NCBI GenBank assembly: GCA_963845145.1
Contig: CAWJQU010000005.1
Location: 192,001 to 256,000 of the forward strand
Length of the DNA: 64,000 nucleotides
DNA from: an uncultured delta proteobacterium
GTDB lineage: Bacteria; Desulfobacterota; Desulfobacteria; Desulfobacterales; QNYZ01
Reading direction: 5' to 3'
Of this stretch, positions 50,634 to 61,671 are shown one piece after another. The notes under the pieces are model-generated. The model was not told where the DNA came from, made no database searches, and saw only the letters and a program-made list of their open reading frames with translations. The position numbers were made by a program, and so were the translations under genes. Positions within the stretch are counted from its first letter, which is position 1, and every line of letters begins with the position of its first letter.

Positions 50634-52970
50634 TCAGGCAAAAAATAATTTTCTAATCTTTCCTCTCCCAACATGCGGCCAAAGAATACGATAATTATTT
50701 CTCTCGTAACGTATTCGACCAGCAACAGTCTGTCCAGTAACCCCCAAATAAGAGGTTGAGCACTTTTAGCAAGAATCGAGTCAAGCGGTCGCTTTGATGA
50801 TAAAAATCGTGATACTATCTGGCGCAAGGGCTAAATCCAGTTATCAATAAGCCAATTTGTTCCTGCAAGCTGGATTTCCCTTAAGTACCGGGGCTATTAC
50901 GCCGGTGCAAGGTACAATTCAGAGAAAGATTTACCTCTGGATTTCAAATACAACCAGATTTTTCTTAAGTTGTGGGCTATCGATACCAACTTGAACTCTG
51001 CTTTTACTTTGGGATCTCCTCGCAACGAGAAGCTGATAAATCCCATAATTGATTTAATATGGCCAAAGGGTGGCTCTACTATATATTTGCGTTGTCCATA
51101 AATCGCCCTGCCGATCTCAGAGTCCAGCTTTTGGCGCATCTGATGTAGCTCTTTCTCATAAGGATGACGCGATATGCTGCGGCTGGTTTTACTGTTGGTG
51201 CAAATACCGAAAAACTGACATCTATGGCAGTTACGTCCCCGGTAGATTCTCAGCGACTGCTTGCCCTTACGTTGTTGCCGATGAGAAAAAAGAAGCTTCT
51301 CGCCTTCTACACAGATGTAACAATCAAGTTTTTCATCATACACAAAGCTGTCTTTGTGAAAATCATCCACGATTTTACCGCGCTGTTGGGCCTGATACTC
51401 GCGGTCCGGAATGTAGGCATCGGTTTCGCGTTCTTGCAAGGCTTTAAGATTTTCTCCGGAACTGTACCCGGCATCGGCGCTGCACTCAGTGATATCCTCC
51501 GATAGGGTCTGCTCAGCCTGCTCGATCATCGGCAGCAGTTGCTCGTATCAGAAGCATCATTGGTCACGTCGGCGGCAACAATCACTTGGTGAGCCGAGTC
51601 TACCACCGTCTGGGCATTGTATGACGTCTTGATACCGGCTTTGGTTTTCATAAACATGGCGTCAGGATCGGTCATATTGATTTTCTCACGATCGCCTTGC
51701 TCCAACTTCTTTTTCAACTCCTTGAGTCGTTGCAGCCGCTGTTTTTGATTGCGGATCTCTTCCGGAATCTCCTCGCCGGTTTTGTCCGGGCCGAAGTGAT
51801 TGTCTTCTTCTTGATCGTTATCTTGCGCTTGGTCCAGCCAGCGGCCGATCTCTCGCTCGATCCTTCGCCTATCATAGGTTTTCGCATCTGAGGCGTTGGC
51901 CTTGATCTTGGTGCCATCGATCGATACATGGCCCAATTTGACCATGCCCAGTTGACGGCATAAAAGCACAATCTGGGCAAACAGCAGCCCTAGTTCTTCG
52001 AGGTTGTTTTTGCGAAAATCGCTAATCGTCCTGAAATCCGGCTTTTGCCAGGCCGCAAGAAAAATGAATCCAATGTTCTCCTTTAAAGCCTCGGCAATCT
52101 TGCGGGAACTGAAGATCCCCTTGGCATACGCATAGAACAGAATTTTTATCATCATCGCCGGATGATAGGGCGGGTTACCTTCATTAGCGACCTTTTTGTA
52201 AAGACATGATAGATCCAGGGTGTCAATCACGTCATTAACGACAAGGCAAAGGTGATCATCTTCAATTAAGCTGCGAATACTGGGGGGAAGCAATTGCATC
52301 TGGTACTGGTTGTATGGCCTCACATTGCGTGGACAAAGAATCTTCAAGATCATCTCCTCCTGACTTTTGTCAGAAGAAATATGCCATATTTAAAGAATTA
52401 TAACAATAGGTTAATACTTATTTTAACTATGATTTTCGATCTATTTGAACAATATCGGTCTTATTTGAAACTTGGCCTGAATCGGGTTGTCGGACAGGCT
52501 CGCAACAATGGATTTGTGAATGTCTGCTTTTGAAGCTAAGTCCTTAACATCTTCTAACTTGCAAGTATTACGGGCCGGATGACTTTTCCATAATTGGCCT
52601 GGTATCAGGGATTCCTCGGCCAGCTCATCCGCTTCATTCTCCATTTCATTTTGAGGCTCTCTTAAATCCAGGTCATCTACAATACATTGACCATCCTTTA
52701 ATCCACTTGAATTTTAGGATCAAACCCTTTGATCCATAACAAACCTAATGGCCTCAATAGGCGTTGGAGGAGGAACGGGATGGTTTTCTTTTTCGTATAC
52801 CCTAACCAATGTGAGCAAGACATCAAGTTCATCCCCTTCGGGAGTACTTGACTCGGCACCCCAGAGGGTTTCAATGCGCTTAATAGCCTCATCGTATGCC
52901 TGCCCTGAATTAACAGGGCGGATATTCATGCTGCACCTCCGAAGGATTAATTTTGTCATAGTCTTTATAT
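50634..52970 (-). pseudogene. higA: higBA relic: HigA (HTH + ImmA/IrrE-type tail), internally deleted and split by IS1182; HigB tail only
   Basis: N-terminus TPEGDEL..YEK..P (52929-52720); ENEAD..LIP..W..IVA continues as AGRIRYERNNY beyond the IS; KDYDKIN HigB-like tail. Confidence 0.65.
50726..52501 (-). mobile_element. IS1182-family element; transposase 52353-50897 with one frameshift near 51540
   Basis: YHPAMM, SSRKI, PDFRTISDFR, IDGTK, ADAGY, VEPPFG; TIRs AGTCTGTCC..AACCC / GGGTTGTCGGACAGGCT; GCAA direct repeat. Confidence 0.88.
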
Positions 52971-53019
52971 AGGCGATTAATTTATGTGGGACAATATTGG
53001 TAAACAGGCTCAAAAGAAC

Positions 53020-53054
53020 AAAGGCTTACAGCGATAAAATATCTGTAAGCCTTT
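53020..53054. terminator. Hairpin downstream of tRNA-Leu
   Basis: CAAAGGCTTACAG...CTGTAAGCCTTTG. Confidence 0.55.
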
Positions 53055-53064
53055 GATATTATTA

Positions 53065-53152
53065 TGGTGCCGGAGGAGAGACTTGAACTCTCAAGGGCAC
53101 AAGGCCCGGAGGATTTTGAGTCCTCTGCGTCTACCAATTTCACCACTCCGGC
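53065..53152 (-). tRNA. tRNA-Leu (CAA)
   Basis: Full cloverleaf GCCGGAG...GAGGA-CTCAAAA-TCCTC, long variable arm, TTCAAGT, CCA. Confidence 0.95.
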
Positions 53153-53166
53153 TTAGGATCGGTCAA

Positions 53167-53195
53167 TTTATAGGCAACCAATGACCGATTGTCAA
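53167..53195 (-). promoter_or_regulatory. tRNA promoter
   Basis: TTGACA-17bp-TATAAA. Confidence 0.7.
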
Positions 53196-53240
53196 TATGA
53201 AGAGGTCACGTGAAGTAAATTTTTCCCTCTTCTTTATTTT

Positions 53241-53362
53241 TGCCACAGACCCACACAGACCCACGCAGACAAAAAAGCCTGGTTTTTCAACCAAATTCGT
53301 TTTACCAAATATTTTTTACCGGGTCTGTGCCAGTCAGTGTGGGTCCGTGTGCGTCTGTGGCC
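53241..53362. repeat. Palindromic element with 10-bp tandem units
   Basis: (CCACACAGAC)x3 ... GTGTGGGTCCGTGTGCGTCTGTGGC. Confidence 0.65.
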
Positions 53363-53364
53363 AA

Positions 53365-54004
53365 TCAGGACCTTACAATATCTGCTGCTGCTATCCTTCC
53401 CTCTCTTAAAATCACCGGTTCACCGGTTACGTCCACCACGGTCGAGGCGCTACCGCCGGAAAGGCGGCCGGCATCTAAAACAAGATCGACACGATTGATG
53501 ATTTCAGGCGGCATGGCATCGATAGCCACACACCCGGGTTGCCCGGCGAGGTTGGCACTGGTCGCGGTAATAGGAAAGTCCGCAACGTCAACCAATGCGT
53601 CGGCTACGGGGTGGGCCGGCAGGCGCACCCCGATTTTGCCGGTGCCGGCGGTCAGATTGGGGGGGAGGGTTTGCACCGCCTCGAAAATCAGTGTCAAACC
53701 ACCCGGCCAGTGTCGATCCATAAGATCTGTCGCAACGGGCGGTACAGATGATACCCATCGGTTCAATTGCGCCCTGTTTCGAACCAGAACCAGGATCGGT
53801 TTTAACGTGGACCGCTGCTTGATATCGAAAGATGCGATCGATCGCCGTCGCATTGGTGGCGTCGGCACCCAGCCCGTATAACCCGGTTGTTGGAAATACG
53901 ATGACCCCACCCGTTTGCATGATTTGCACGGCCTCTTGAATCAGGGCCGGGTCCGGTCGGGCGACATCGATTGGGCGAATCTTAACCGGCTTTTTATCTG
54001 GCAT
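53365..54004 (-). CDS. tsaC: L-threonylcarbamoyladenylate synthase, apparent +1 frameshift near 53829
   Basis: FPTTGLYGLGAD in one frame; WPG.LT, TSANL, STVVD in another. Confidence 0.8.
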
Positions 54005-54032
54005 TTTTATCCGGCATTTCTATCTGGCATTT

Positions 54033-54560
54033 TTATTTGGCATTTTCTATCTTGTGGGCTTTTTCCTCGACCTCGGCGGCCATCTTGTCTTTAAATCCGG
54101 CCAGTTTTTCGGCCAAAGCCGTATCGGAAAGAGCGATCATCTGGGCGGCGAAGATACCGGCATTTTTTGCACCGGACTTGCCGATGGCCATGGTTGCCAC
54201 GGGTATCCCCGGCGGCATTTGAACGGTGGCCAAAAGGGCGTCCCACCCTTTCAGGCAGGAAGAGTCGATGGGTACCCCGATAATGGGCAGGGTTGTATGG
54301 GCGGCCAGAACACCGGCCAGATGGGCGGCATGCCCGGCACCGGCGATGATCGCTTTTAGCCCACGTTCTTTGGCTGTGGCGGCAAACTCAGCGGCCCGGG
54401 CAGGGCTGCGGTGGGCGGAGGCCACGGTCATTTCATAGGGGATGCCGAATGATTTCAAGGCATCCGCAGCCGCCTGCATGACGGCCAAATCCGAATCGCT
54501 GCCCATCACAATACCCACTTTAGGCGTATTGTCAGCAGTTGTTGCACTGGGGGATGTCAT
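54033..54560 (-). CDS. purE: N5-CAIR mutase
   Basis: MGSDSD, SAHRSP, AGAGHAAHL, VQMPPGIPVAT. Confidence 0.95.
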   Translation of the reverse strand: MTSPSATTADNTPKVGIVMGSDSDLAVMQAAADALKSFGIPYEMTVASAHRSPARAAEFAATAKERGLKAIIAGAGHAAHLAGVLAAHTTLPIIGVPIDSSCLKGWDALLATVQMPPGIPVATMAIGKSGAKNAGIFAAQMIALSDTALAEKLAGFKDKMAAEVEEKAHKIENAK

Positions 54561-54643
54561 CTTTTTACTTTCCTCCTTGTCAGTTTCAAATTCCAATTAA
54601 AAAGTTAGGTTTGAACCAATTACACTCGAACCGGGACTACCTG

Positions 54644-55591
54644 TTATTGTCGCCCGGTTTCATGATCTTCAAGGGCCAGCTCGATCAACCGATCCATCAG
54701 CTTCCCAAAGGGGTAGCCGCCCTTGGCCGCGGCCTGGGGTAACAGACTGGTGGCGGTCATGCCGGGAATCGTATTGGTTTCCAGGACGTAAATCGTTTGA
54801 TCGGATAAGATCATATCCGTTCGGCTGTAGCCCCGGCAAAACAGCGCCCGGTGGGCCATTATGGCCTGGTGCTGGGCCTTTTCAGTCAAGGCGGCGTCGA
54901 TACGCGCGGGGCAGATCTCTTCGGTAACCCCGGCGGTGTATTTGGCCTCATAATCAAAAAATTCATGGGATTGATCCGGTACAATTTCAATCAAAGGAAA
55001 AGCCTCCAGCTCGTCATTACCCATGACCCCACCGGTAATTTCCACCCCTTCGATATACGCCTCGGCCAAAATGACGGGGCCTTGTAAAAAAGCCTTGTTG
55101 ATCGCGGCTTCAATATCTTCCGCCTTGCGGACAATGGACATACCGATACTGGACCCGTCCCGGGCGGGTTTGACCACCATGGGCAATCCCAGACGACGGG
55201 CCAGATCCGCCGAATCTACGTTGTCACCCCGATTGAAAACCACATAGGCGGGCGTCGGCAAGCCCGCTTTTTCAAAGAGTTGTTTGGACAATACCTTGTC
55301 CATGGCCACGGCGCTGCCCAGAACCCCCGAACCCTGGTAAGGAATCTGCAATAAATCGAGCATACCCTGAACAGTGCCATCCTCACCAAAGGGGCCATGC
55401 AGAATAATCAGGGCGGCATCGATCTTGGGCGCGTCGGTGGTCAGTTTGGCCAGGTCCGTCTTGGGATCGTACCGTATTACATCGTACTTTTCTTTATCGA
55501 GGGCCTCATACACCTGGGCGCCGCTATTTAAGGAGACTTCCCTTTCAGGAGATATGCCTCCCGATAGCAAGGCAATGGTTTTTTTACGCAT
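54644..55591 (-). CDS. ddl: D-alanine--D-alanine ligase
   Basis: GGISPEREVS, HGPFGEDG, GSSIG, FFDYEAKY, ETNTIPGMT. Confidence 0.95.
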   Translation of the reverse strand: MRKKTIALLSGGISPEREVSLNSGAQVYEALDKEKYDVIRYDPKTDLAKLTTDAPKIDAALIILHGPFGEDGTVQGMLDLLQIPYQGSGVLGSAVAMDKVLSKQLFEKAGLPTPAYVVFNRGDNVDSADLARRLGLPMVVKPARDGSSIGMSIVRKAEDIEAAINKAFLQGPVILAEAYIEGVEITGGVMGNDELEAFPLIEIVPDQSHEFFDYEAKYTAGVTEEICPARIDAALTEKAQHQAIMAHRALFCRGYSRTDMILSDQTIYVLETNTIPGMTATSLLPQAAAKGGYPFGKLMDRLIELALEDHETGRQ

Positions 55592-55639
55592 GCGCTTTCT
55601 CCCCTTTTTGATATTGGTAAAACCGCCTGGCAATCAGCG

Positions 55640-56116
55640 CTATTTGTTGATAATGCGATCTTTTAAGGTCTTAAATTCTTCCATCGAAATCAAGTCATCT
55701 TCATATAACCTGGCCAACTCGGACAGCTTGCGTATCCGCATGGTTTCGGGGTCTTCCAGTTGCCGGGCGGATTCGATATGATGGGTATCGAGCGCTTCGT
55801 GACGGTTGTTTCCACCCATTCGAAATGACGCCAGCCCGCCTAAAAAACTGACTTCAACGGTTTGGCCCTTAAATGCGGAGGTGTTCAAGATATCCTTTAA
55901 TTGCCGGCCCTGTTGCTTCATCCGCCGGTAAAAAAAGTACCCGGTGACGATAAGCACACCTGAAAACCCCAGAAATACCCATAAAGCATAGCGGACCAGG
56001 CCACCGAAGAAAATAACCAGCAAACCCATGGCGGCGATCAAGAGGATATGTAGGATCAGGATCAGATAGGCGGTTGTGACGCCTTTATAAAGGCCCTGAG
56101 ATTGATTCTTTTTCAT
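55640..56116 (-). CDS. Membrane protein with C-terminal SHOCT-like motif
   Basis: Two TM helices; LSELARLYEDDLISMEEF..LK. Confidence 0.7.
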   Translation of the reverse strand: MKKNQSQGLYKGVTTAYLILILHILLIAAMGLLVIFFGGLVRYALWVFLGFSGVLIVTGYFFYRRMKQQGRQLKDILNTSAFKGQTVEVSFLGGLASFRMGGNNRHEALDTHHIESARQLEDPETMRIRKLSELARLYEDDLISMEEFKTLKDRIINK

Positions 56117-56305
56117 GATTCATCAAATATTTTAAAACAATGCCGGGCTCATACCAGTAAGGTTCACACCATCAGGGTTCACACCCGTAGTCGGAATCGA
56201 GATGATCAATGGTATTTCACCGACTTTGCGGCCACTTTTTAAAAGCTTCACCCCGGCAAAGCAATAAGCGGTTGCGGCGGGGTATTCTCCTTAAACCTTT
56301 AGTAC

Positions 56306-57076
56306 CTATATTGGGTGGGATTGTAAATACCACTGATTGAAGCCGGCGGGATCATCGACAATAACCCCGTCGACATCCATTTGAAGGGAATGCTGGTATT
56401 CTCGTTCGGTGTTGACATTATACGGAAAAACAAAAATGCCTGCGGCGTGACATTGCGCCACGAGCGTCTTGTCCAGGCAGCGATAATTCGGGTGGAATGA
56501 AAACACCTTCAGTTCCCGGCAAAAATCAACGGTTTTCATCCCATCTGCCGTCCTGGAAATGAAGGCTATCGGCGGTGAGTCTTCGAATTGAGAGATGTTT
56601 TTGATCATCTTGGCATCAAAACTTGAGACAAGTACGGATGAACCCGCATCTTCGCCACGGATCAGATCCATGACTGCCGTCTCAATTTCACCTTCAACAT
56701 GACGATCTGCGTAGAATGCGGATTTAATTTCGATGTTGATCATGACCCGTTGGGCCATTGCCCGAAGAACCTCTTTCAAAGTCGGTATCCGCTCATCGGC
56801 AAATCGGGCATGAAACCAGGATCCCGCGTCCATTTTTTTGATCTCGGCCAGGGTATAATCGCCCACAACACCTTTGGCGTTTGTCGTTCGGTTCACCTTA
56901 TCATCGTGGATGACGACCAATTCATGATCTTTGGTGAAGTGAACATCCAGTTCGATCATTTTAGCACCGGCCTTCACGGCGGCGTCAAAGGCAACCATAG
57001 TATTTTCCGGGTATTGGGTTCGAAAGCCGCGATGGCCGACAACAAGCGGACGATTAAATTTTAATGGTAAAGACAT
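56306..57076 (-). CDS. ugpQ: Glycerophosphodiester phosphodiesterase
   Basis: GHRG, PENT, IELDV, IHD, NIEIK. Confidence 0.88.
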   Translation of the reverse strand: MSLPLKFNRPLVVGHRGFRTQYPENTMVAFDAAVKAGAKMIELDVHFTKDHELVVIHDDKVNRTTNAKGVVGDYTLAEIKKMDAGSWFHARFADERIPTLKEVLRAMAQRVMINIEIKSAFYADRHVEGEIETAVMDLIRGEDAGSSVLVSSFDAKMIKNISQFEDSPPIAFISRTADGMKTVDFCRELKVFSFHPNYRCLDKTLVAQCHAAGIFVFPYNVNTEREYQHSLQMDVDGVIVDDPAGFNQWYLQSHPI

Positions 57077-57108
57077 TGTAAAATTCCTCGATTAAATAAC
57101 AAAGCGGC

Positions 57109-58227
57109 TCAATCCTTAATGCTCTGGCCGGATTCACGGTCAAACACATGGATTTTCTCAGGTGCAATGGATAACGATAATTTCATATTCCGAGCATAAT
57201 TATGGATGTCCGGCAGACGAAGCGTTATGAGGTGTTTATCGCCCGGGAAGCTGCCATGCACCAGGGTATCGGCCCCCAAGATCTCCGTATATTCAACCAC
57301 GAATTGCATCGTACCTGACCTATCTTCGGTAACCTCAAAGTGTTCAGGCCGAATGCCGATAGTCACTTTTTCGCCCTTGTGGTCTACCATAGCCTTATTG
57401 TTTAAAGACGGGTCGGTATTGTTTAAAGACGGATCGGTTAAGGAGAGCCGGATGTGATCATGTATTTCTGCTTGTTGCCCATCGCTGCTGATACGCGCGT
57501 CAAGAAAATTCATGGACGGTGATCCGATAAAACCGGCCACAAACTTGGTGGCCGGCTTTTCATATACGTCCAAGGGAGTGCCGATCTGCTCGGCATAGCC
57601 ATCGTTGATAACGATTAACCGATCTCCCAATGTCATGGCCTCTACCTGATCGTGGGTCACATAAATGCTGGTAACTTTTAATCTCTCGTGCAGGTTCCGC
57701 AACTCAAGTCGCATCTGCACCCGTAGCTTGGCATCCAGATTGCTCAAAGGCTCATCAAAAAGAAAGACCTTGGGTTCCCGGACAATACAGCGACCCATGG
57801 CGACGCGCTGGCGTTGTCCGCCCGAAAGTTGTTTGGGTTTACGATCCAGAAAATCGGTCAATTCTAAAATCTCGGCTGCTGCTTGAACCCTTTTTTCGAT
57901 TTCAGCTTTAGGCATTCGGCGAATTTTAAGCCCATAAGCCATGTTTTTAAATACACTCATGTGGGGGTAAAGTGCATAATTCTGAAACACCATGGCAATA
58001 TCGCGGTCAGCCGGCTCTAACCGATTGACGATTTTATCATCAATGGCGACATCACCTTTGGTAATCGTTTCAAGTCCGGCGATCATTCTCAGTACCGTTG
58101 ATTTTCCACACCCGGAAGGTCCGAGAAGGACAATAAATTCACCGTCATCAATATCGCAACTGATTCCGTGGATGACTTCGGTTGGTCCAAATGATTTATA
58201 AACATCCTTCAGGCTCACATTCGACAT
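57109..58227 (-). CDS. ugpC: sn-glycerol-3-phosphate ABC ATPase
   Basis: GPSGCGKS, LSGGQRQR, DEPLSNLD; operon context. Confidence 0.9.
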   Translation of the reverse strand: MSNVSLKDVYKSFGPTEVIHGISCDIDDGEFIVLLGPSGCGKSTVLRMIAGLETITKGDVAIDDKIVNRLEPADRDIAMVFQNYALYPHMSVFKNMAYGLKIRRMPKAEIEKRVQAAAEILELTDFLDRKPKQLSGGQRQRVAMGRCIVREPKVFLFDEPLSNLDAKLRVQMRLELRNLHERLKVTSIYVTHDQVEAMTLGDRLIVINDGYAEQIGTPLDVYEKPATKFVAGFIGSPSMNFLDARISSDGQQAEIHDHIRLSLTDPSLNNTDPSLNNKAMVDHKGEKVTIGIRPEHFEVTEDRSGTMQFVVEYTEILGADTLVHGSFPGDKHLITLRLPDIHNYARNMKLSLSIAPEKIHVFDRESGQSIKD

Positions 58228-58240
58228 CGTTCAAATATCC

Positions 58241-59083
58241 CTATTTTTCGGTTTCAGTCATACCGCGCACAAACTGTTTTTGCATGAGAATAACCACCAA
58301 CACCGGCGGTATCATGGCCAACATGGCCGATGCCATGATGATATTCCATTCAGCCTGCCCTTCACCCACATCCAGCATTCTCTTAATACCGATGAGAAGT
58401 GTATAATAGCTTTCATCCGTGGTAACCAAGAGCGGCCAGAGATATTGGTTCCATCCATAGATAAACAAAATAACGAACATGGCCGCGATAGAGGTGCGCG
58501 ACATAGGTAGCAAGATATCAAAAAAAAACCGAATGGGGCCGGCCCCGTCAATCCTGGCGGCTTCGCATAACTCGTCCGGAACGGTCATAAAGAACTGTCG
58601 AAATAAAAAGGTGGCCGTGGCCGATGCAATCAGAGGCAGGATCAAGCCTGAATATGAATCGAGTAACTTTAGATCGGCGGCCACTTTATAGGTTGGCAAA
58701 ATGCGCACCTCGACAGGCAACATCAAAGTGATAAAAATAAGCCAGAAAAAGAACAGCCTGAAACGAAATTTAAAGTAGACGATGGCATAAGCGGCGAGAA
58801 GTGAAATAAAAATTTTTCCAAAGGTAATACCCAGCGCCATGATCATGCTGTTAAACATCATTGTGCCGACGGTCGCACCCACATCTCGTGGTCCTACGGC
58901 AAGTGCCCGGCTGTAATTCTCGATAAGGTGGCCACCCGGCAGGAGGGGAAAGGATGAAGTAATGGCTTCCAATGTATGGGTTGACGCGACAAAGGTGATG
59001 TAGATGGGAAAAGCAATGACCAAACAGCCGATAATCAAGACGGCATGGGTCAAAAAGGTAAGTAAAGGGCGATGCTCGACCAT
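58241..59083 (-). CDS. ugpE: sn-glycerol-3-phosphate ABC permease
   Basis: ITLMLPVEVRI, ASATATFLFRQF, WNQYLWP. Confidence 0.92.
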   Translation of the reverse strand: MVEHRPLLTFLTHAVLIIGCLVIAFPIYITFVASTHTLEAITSSFPLLPGGHLIENYSRALAVGPRDVGATVGTMMFNSMIMALGITFGKIFISLLAAYAIVYFKFRFRLFFFWLIFITLMLPVEVRILPTYKVAADLKLLDSYSGLILPLIASATATFLFRQFFMTVPDELCEAARIDGAGPIRFFFDILLPMSRTSIAAMFVILFIYGWNQYLWPLLVTTDESYYTLLIGIKRMLDVGEGQAEWNIIMASAMLAMIPPVLVVILMQKQFVRGMTETEK

Positions 59084-59964
59084 TAGTAGTGCACCTTTCT
59101 CTCAATATAGCGAAACTGAAAAACGGTCAGCGAAATAACAACGATCATCAAGATAACCGATTGCGCCGCCGATCCCCCCTGATCCAAACCCAGGACCCCA
59201 TCATGATATACTTTAAAAACCAGAATATTGGTGGCGCCGTTCGGTCCGCCTTCGGTGATGGCGTGAATCACGCCAAAGGTGTCGAAAAAGGCGTAGACAA
59301 TGTTCATCACGATTAAAAAGAAGGCTGTCGGCGATAATAGCGGAAAGGCGATGGTCCAAAACCGTTTGGCCGGCGAGGCGCCATCAATCGCCGCTGCTTC
59401 GATAAAGGATTTGGGAATGGCCTGCAATCCGGCCAAAAAGAAGAGAAAATTATACGAAATTTCTCGCCAGGCCGCAGCGGTGATAACCAGAATCATAGCC
59501 TGAGTACCATTTAAGGAATGGTCCCACGCAATCCCAACCATTTGCAGGAAAAAAGCGATCATGCCAACGGTTGGATTAAAAAGAAAATACCACAGCACAG
59601 CGGCAACCACAGGCGCTACGGCGTATGGCCAAATAATCAGCGTTTTATAAGTTGTGGCTCCTCGAAGGGCGCGATCAGCCATAACGGCCAGCAGAAGGGC
59701 CGTAATCATCGCTATAGCGGCCACCGAAAGACTGAAAATGGTGGTTACGTAAATCGAGTTAAGATAGATATCATCGCTGAAAATATCAACGAAATTGGCC
59801 AAGCCGACAAAGGTCGACGAAAGCCCAAACGCATCTTCTTGTAAAACCGACTGATATAGCGCCTGTGAGGCCGGCCAGATAAAAAAAATGAGGGTGATAA
59901 TAATTTGGGGCGCAACCAGCAGATAGGGAAGAAACCGATGCTTGAAAATGACACGTTTTTCCAT
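59083..59964 (-). CDS. ugpA: sn-glycerol-3-phosphate ABC permease
   Basis: [26 protein letters not shown]. Confidence 0.92.
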   Translation of the reverse strand: MEKRVIFKHRFLPYLLVAPQIIITLIFFIWPASQALYQSVLQEDAFGLSSTFVGLANFVDIFSDDIYLNSIYVTTIFSLSVAAIAMITALLLAVMADRALRGATTYKTLIIWPYAVAPVVAAVLWYFLFNPTVGMIAFFLQMVGIAWDHSLNGTQAMILVITAAAWREISYNFLFFLAGLQAIPKSFIEAAAIDGASPAKRFWTIAFPLLSPTAFFLIVMNIVYAFFDTFGVIHAITEGGPNGATNILVFKVYHDGVLGLDQGGSAAQSVILMIVVISLTVFQFRYIERKVHY

Positions 59965-59990
59965 AACAATGGCTCTCTTTTATGAAATTT

Positions 59991-60024
59991 GCTGAGCCCA
60001 TTAAAAAAATGACATGGGCTCAGC
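59991..60024. other. Intergenic hairpin between ugpB and ugpA
   Basis: GCTGAGCCCAT...ATGGGCTCAGC. Confidence 0.55.
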
Positions 60025-60039
60025 CTGAAAAAGAGGTGG

Positions 60040-61359
60040 CTATTTACTGGTCTTTTCAAACTTTCGCAATAATTTGTTACCAGCCGCCACGGCTTCGTCC
60101 AAGCCTTGCTGGGCGGTTTTCTTGCCGGCAAAGATGGCTTCCAAAACGTCATAAACAACGCTTCGCATCTGGACAAAATTACCAAACCGCAACCCCTTGG
60201 AATTTTCGGTCGGTTCGTTTAGGGTCATCTGTATTAAAGCGGTTTCCATCCCCGGGTTTTCTTTGTAAAAGCCCTGACTCTTTTTTAACTCATAAGCACC
60301 CAGAGTAATCGGTAAATACCCTGTAAATTCATGCCAGTCGGCCTGAACCTCAGGCTTGGCAAGATAGTTAAAAAATGCCGCCACGCCCTTGTACTCTTCT
60401 GCGGGGTGACCCTCCAGGACCCATAGGCTGGCGCCGCCGATGATGGTGTTTTGGGGGGCACCTTTCACATCCGGCCAATAGGGGAGCATGCTGGTCCCAA
60501 AGTCGAATTTGCAGGTTTTTTTAAAGCCCGCATAACCGGCGGAAGATTCCGTATACATGGCAACTTCTTCCGATGAAAATTTAGCATTGCCTATGTTGCG
60601 TCGCCCGCCATAGACAAAAACATTCTCTTTCTGCCAATCAGCCAGCTGTTGGATGTGTTTTACGTGCAGTGGGCTGTTTATGGTGAATTCCGTGTCCATT
60701 CCGTCAAAGCCATTCGCTTTGGTCCCGATGGGCAAGTTGTGCCAGGCACTGAAATTCTCAAGATGGATCCATGAGATCCAGGCGGTTGAAAAACCGGACT
60801 TGTAACCGGCTTTCACAAGTTTTTTTGAATATTCAGCCACTTCGGGCCAGGTTTTGGGTGGTTTGTTGGGATCGAGCCCTGCTTTTTTGAACGCATCTTT
60901 ATTGTAATAAAGAACAGGGGTCGAACTGTTGAAGGGCATGGAGAGCATCTTACCGTCCGCGCTCGTGTAATACCCGGCGACTGTGGGCAGATAAACTTTT
61001 GGGTCAAAAGGCAGCCCCGACTCGGCCATTACTTCGTAAACCGGCTTTATGGCCCCTTTTGCGGCCATCATACTGGCGGTTCCCACCTCAAAAACCTGGA
61101 GAATATGGGGGGGATTTTTTGCACGAAAGGCAGCAATGCCGGCGGTCATGGTATCGGCATAATTACCTTTATAGGACGCAACCAGCTTATACATGCTCTG
61201 TGATTGGTTAAACTCAGCGGCAATCGAATTGACTTTCTCGCCCAGCCGTCCGCCATGCGCATGCCACCAGTTAACCGTGATCGGTTCTGCCATGGCGCTC
61301 GCTGGAAATATTAAGAGAACGACAAAAACAGCGGCCAAAAACCAACGATTCAGTTTCAT
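60040..61359 (-). CDS. ugpB: sn-glycerol-3-phosphate binding protein
   Basis: QVFEVGT, MPFNSSTP, ENFSAWH, IIGGASLW, TGYLP. Confidence 0.92.
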   Translation of the reverse strand: MKLNRWFLAAVFVVLLIFPASAMAEPITVNWWHAHGGRLGEKVNSIAAEFNQSQSMYKLVASYKGNYADTMTAGIAAFRAKNPPHILQVFEVGTASMMAAKGAIKPVYEVMAESGLPFDPKVYLPTVAGYYTSADGKMLSMPFNSSTPVLYYNKDAFKKAGLDPNKPPKTWPEVAEYSKKLVKAGYKSGFSTAWISWIHLENFSAWHNLPIGTKANGFDGMDTEFTINSPLHVKHIQQLADWQKENVFVYGGRRNIGNAKFSSEEVAMYTESSAGYAGFKKTCKFDFGTSMLPYWPDVKGAPQNTIIGGASLWVLEGHPAEEYKGVAAFFNYLAKPEVQADWHEFTGYLPITLGAYELKKSQGFYKENPGMETALIQMTLNEPTENSKGLRFGNFVQMRSVVYDVLEAIFAGKKTAQQGLDEAVAAGNKLLRKFEKTSK

Positions 61360-61671
61360 AATGGGATTCTCCCTTCTCAATTGATTTATTTTTTATTTGG
61401 GGGATAAGAAATTACCGGTTGTCCAGGTTCACCTCCTTTCATATTGCATGAAAAAGGCTAAAGATTAAATTCGAAGTTAGATTCGTACATAATCCATTGT
61501 TTTCAGGTTAGTGAAGATTAAATTTATAGTCAAGAAATAAGCATGGCCCGGTTCTAAAACGACTGCCATATTTTACCCGATGAATTGACCTTGGGCCGGC
61601 ATATAGATATACAAATGTTAGGGTGTAGAATCCGTTAACCTGATAGTGTCCATTAATAAATAGGATTAGTC

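Noticed and set aside
53365..54004. tsaC as a pseudogene or programmed frameshift
   Set aside because: A single extra base in a short T run of a normally essential gene. Other isolated indels in the window point to assembly error.
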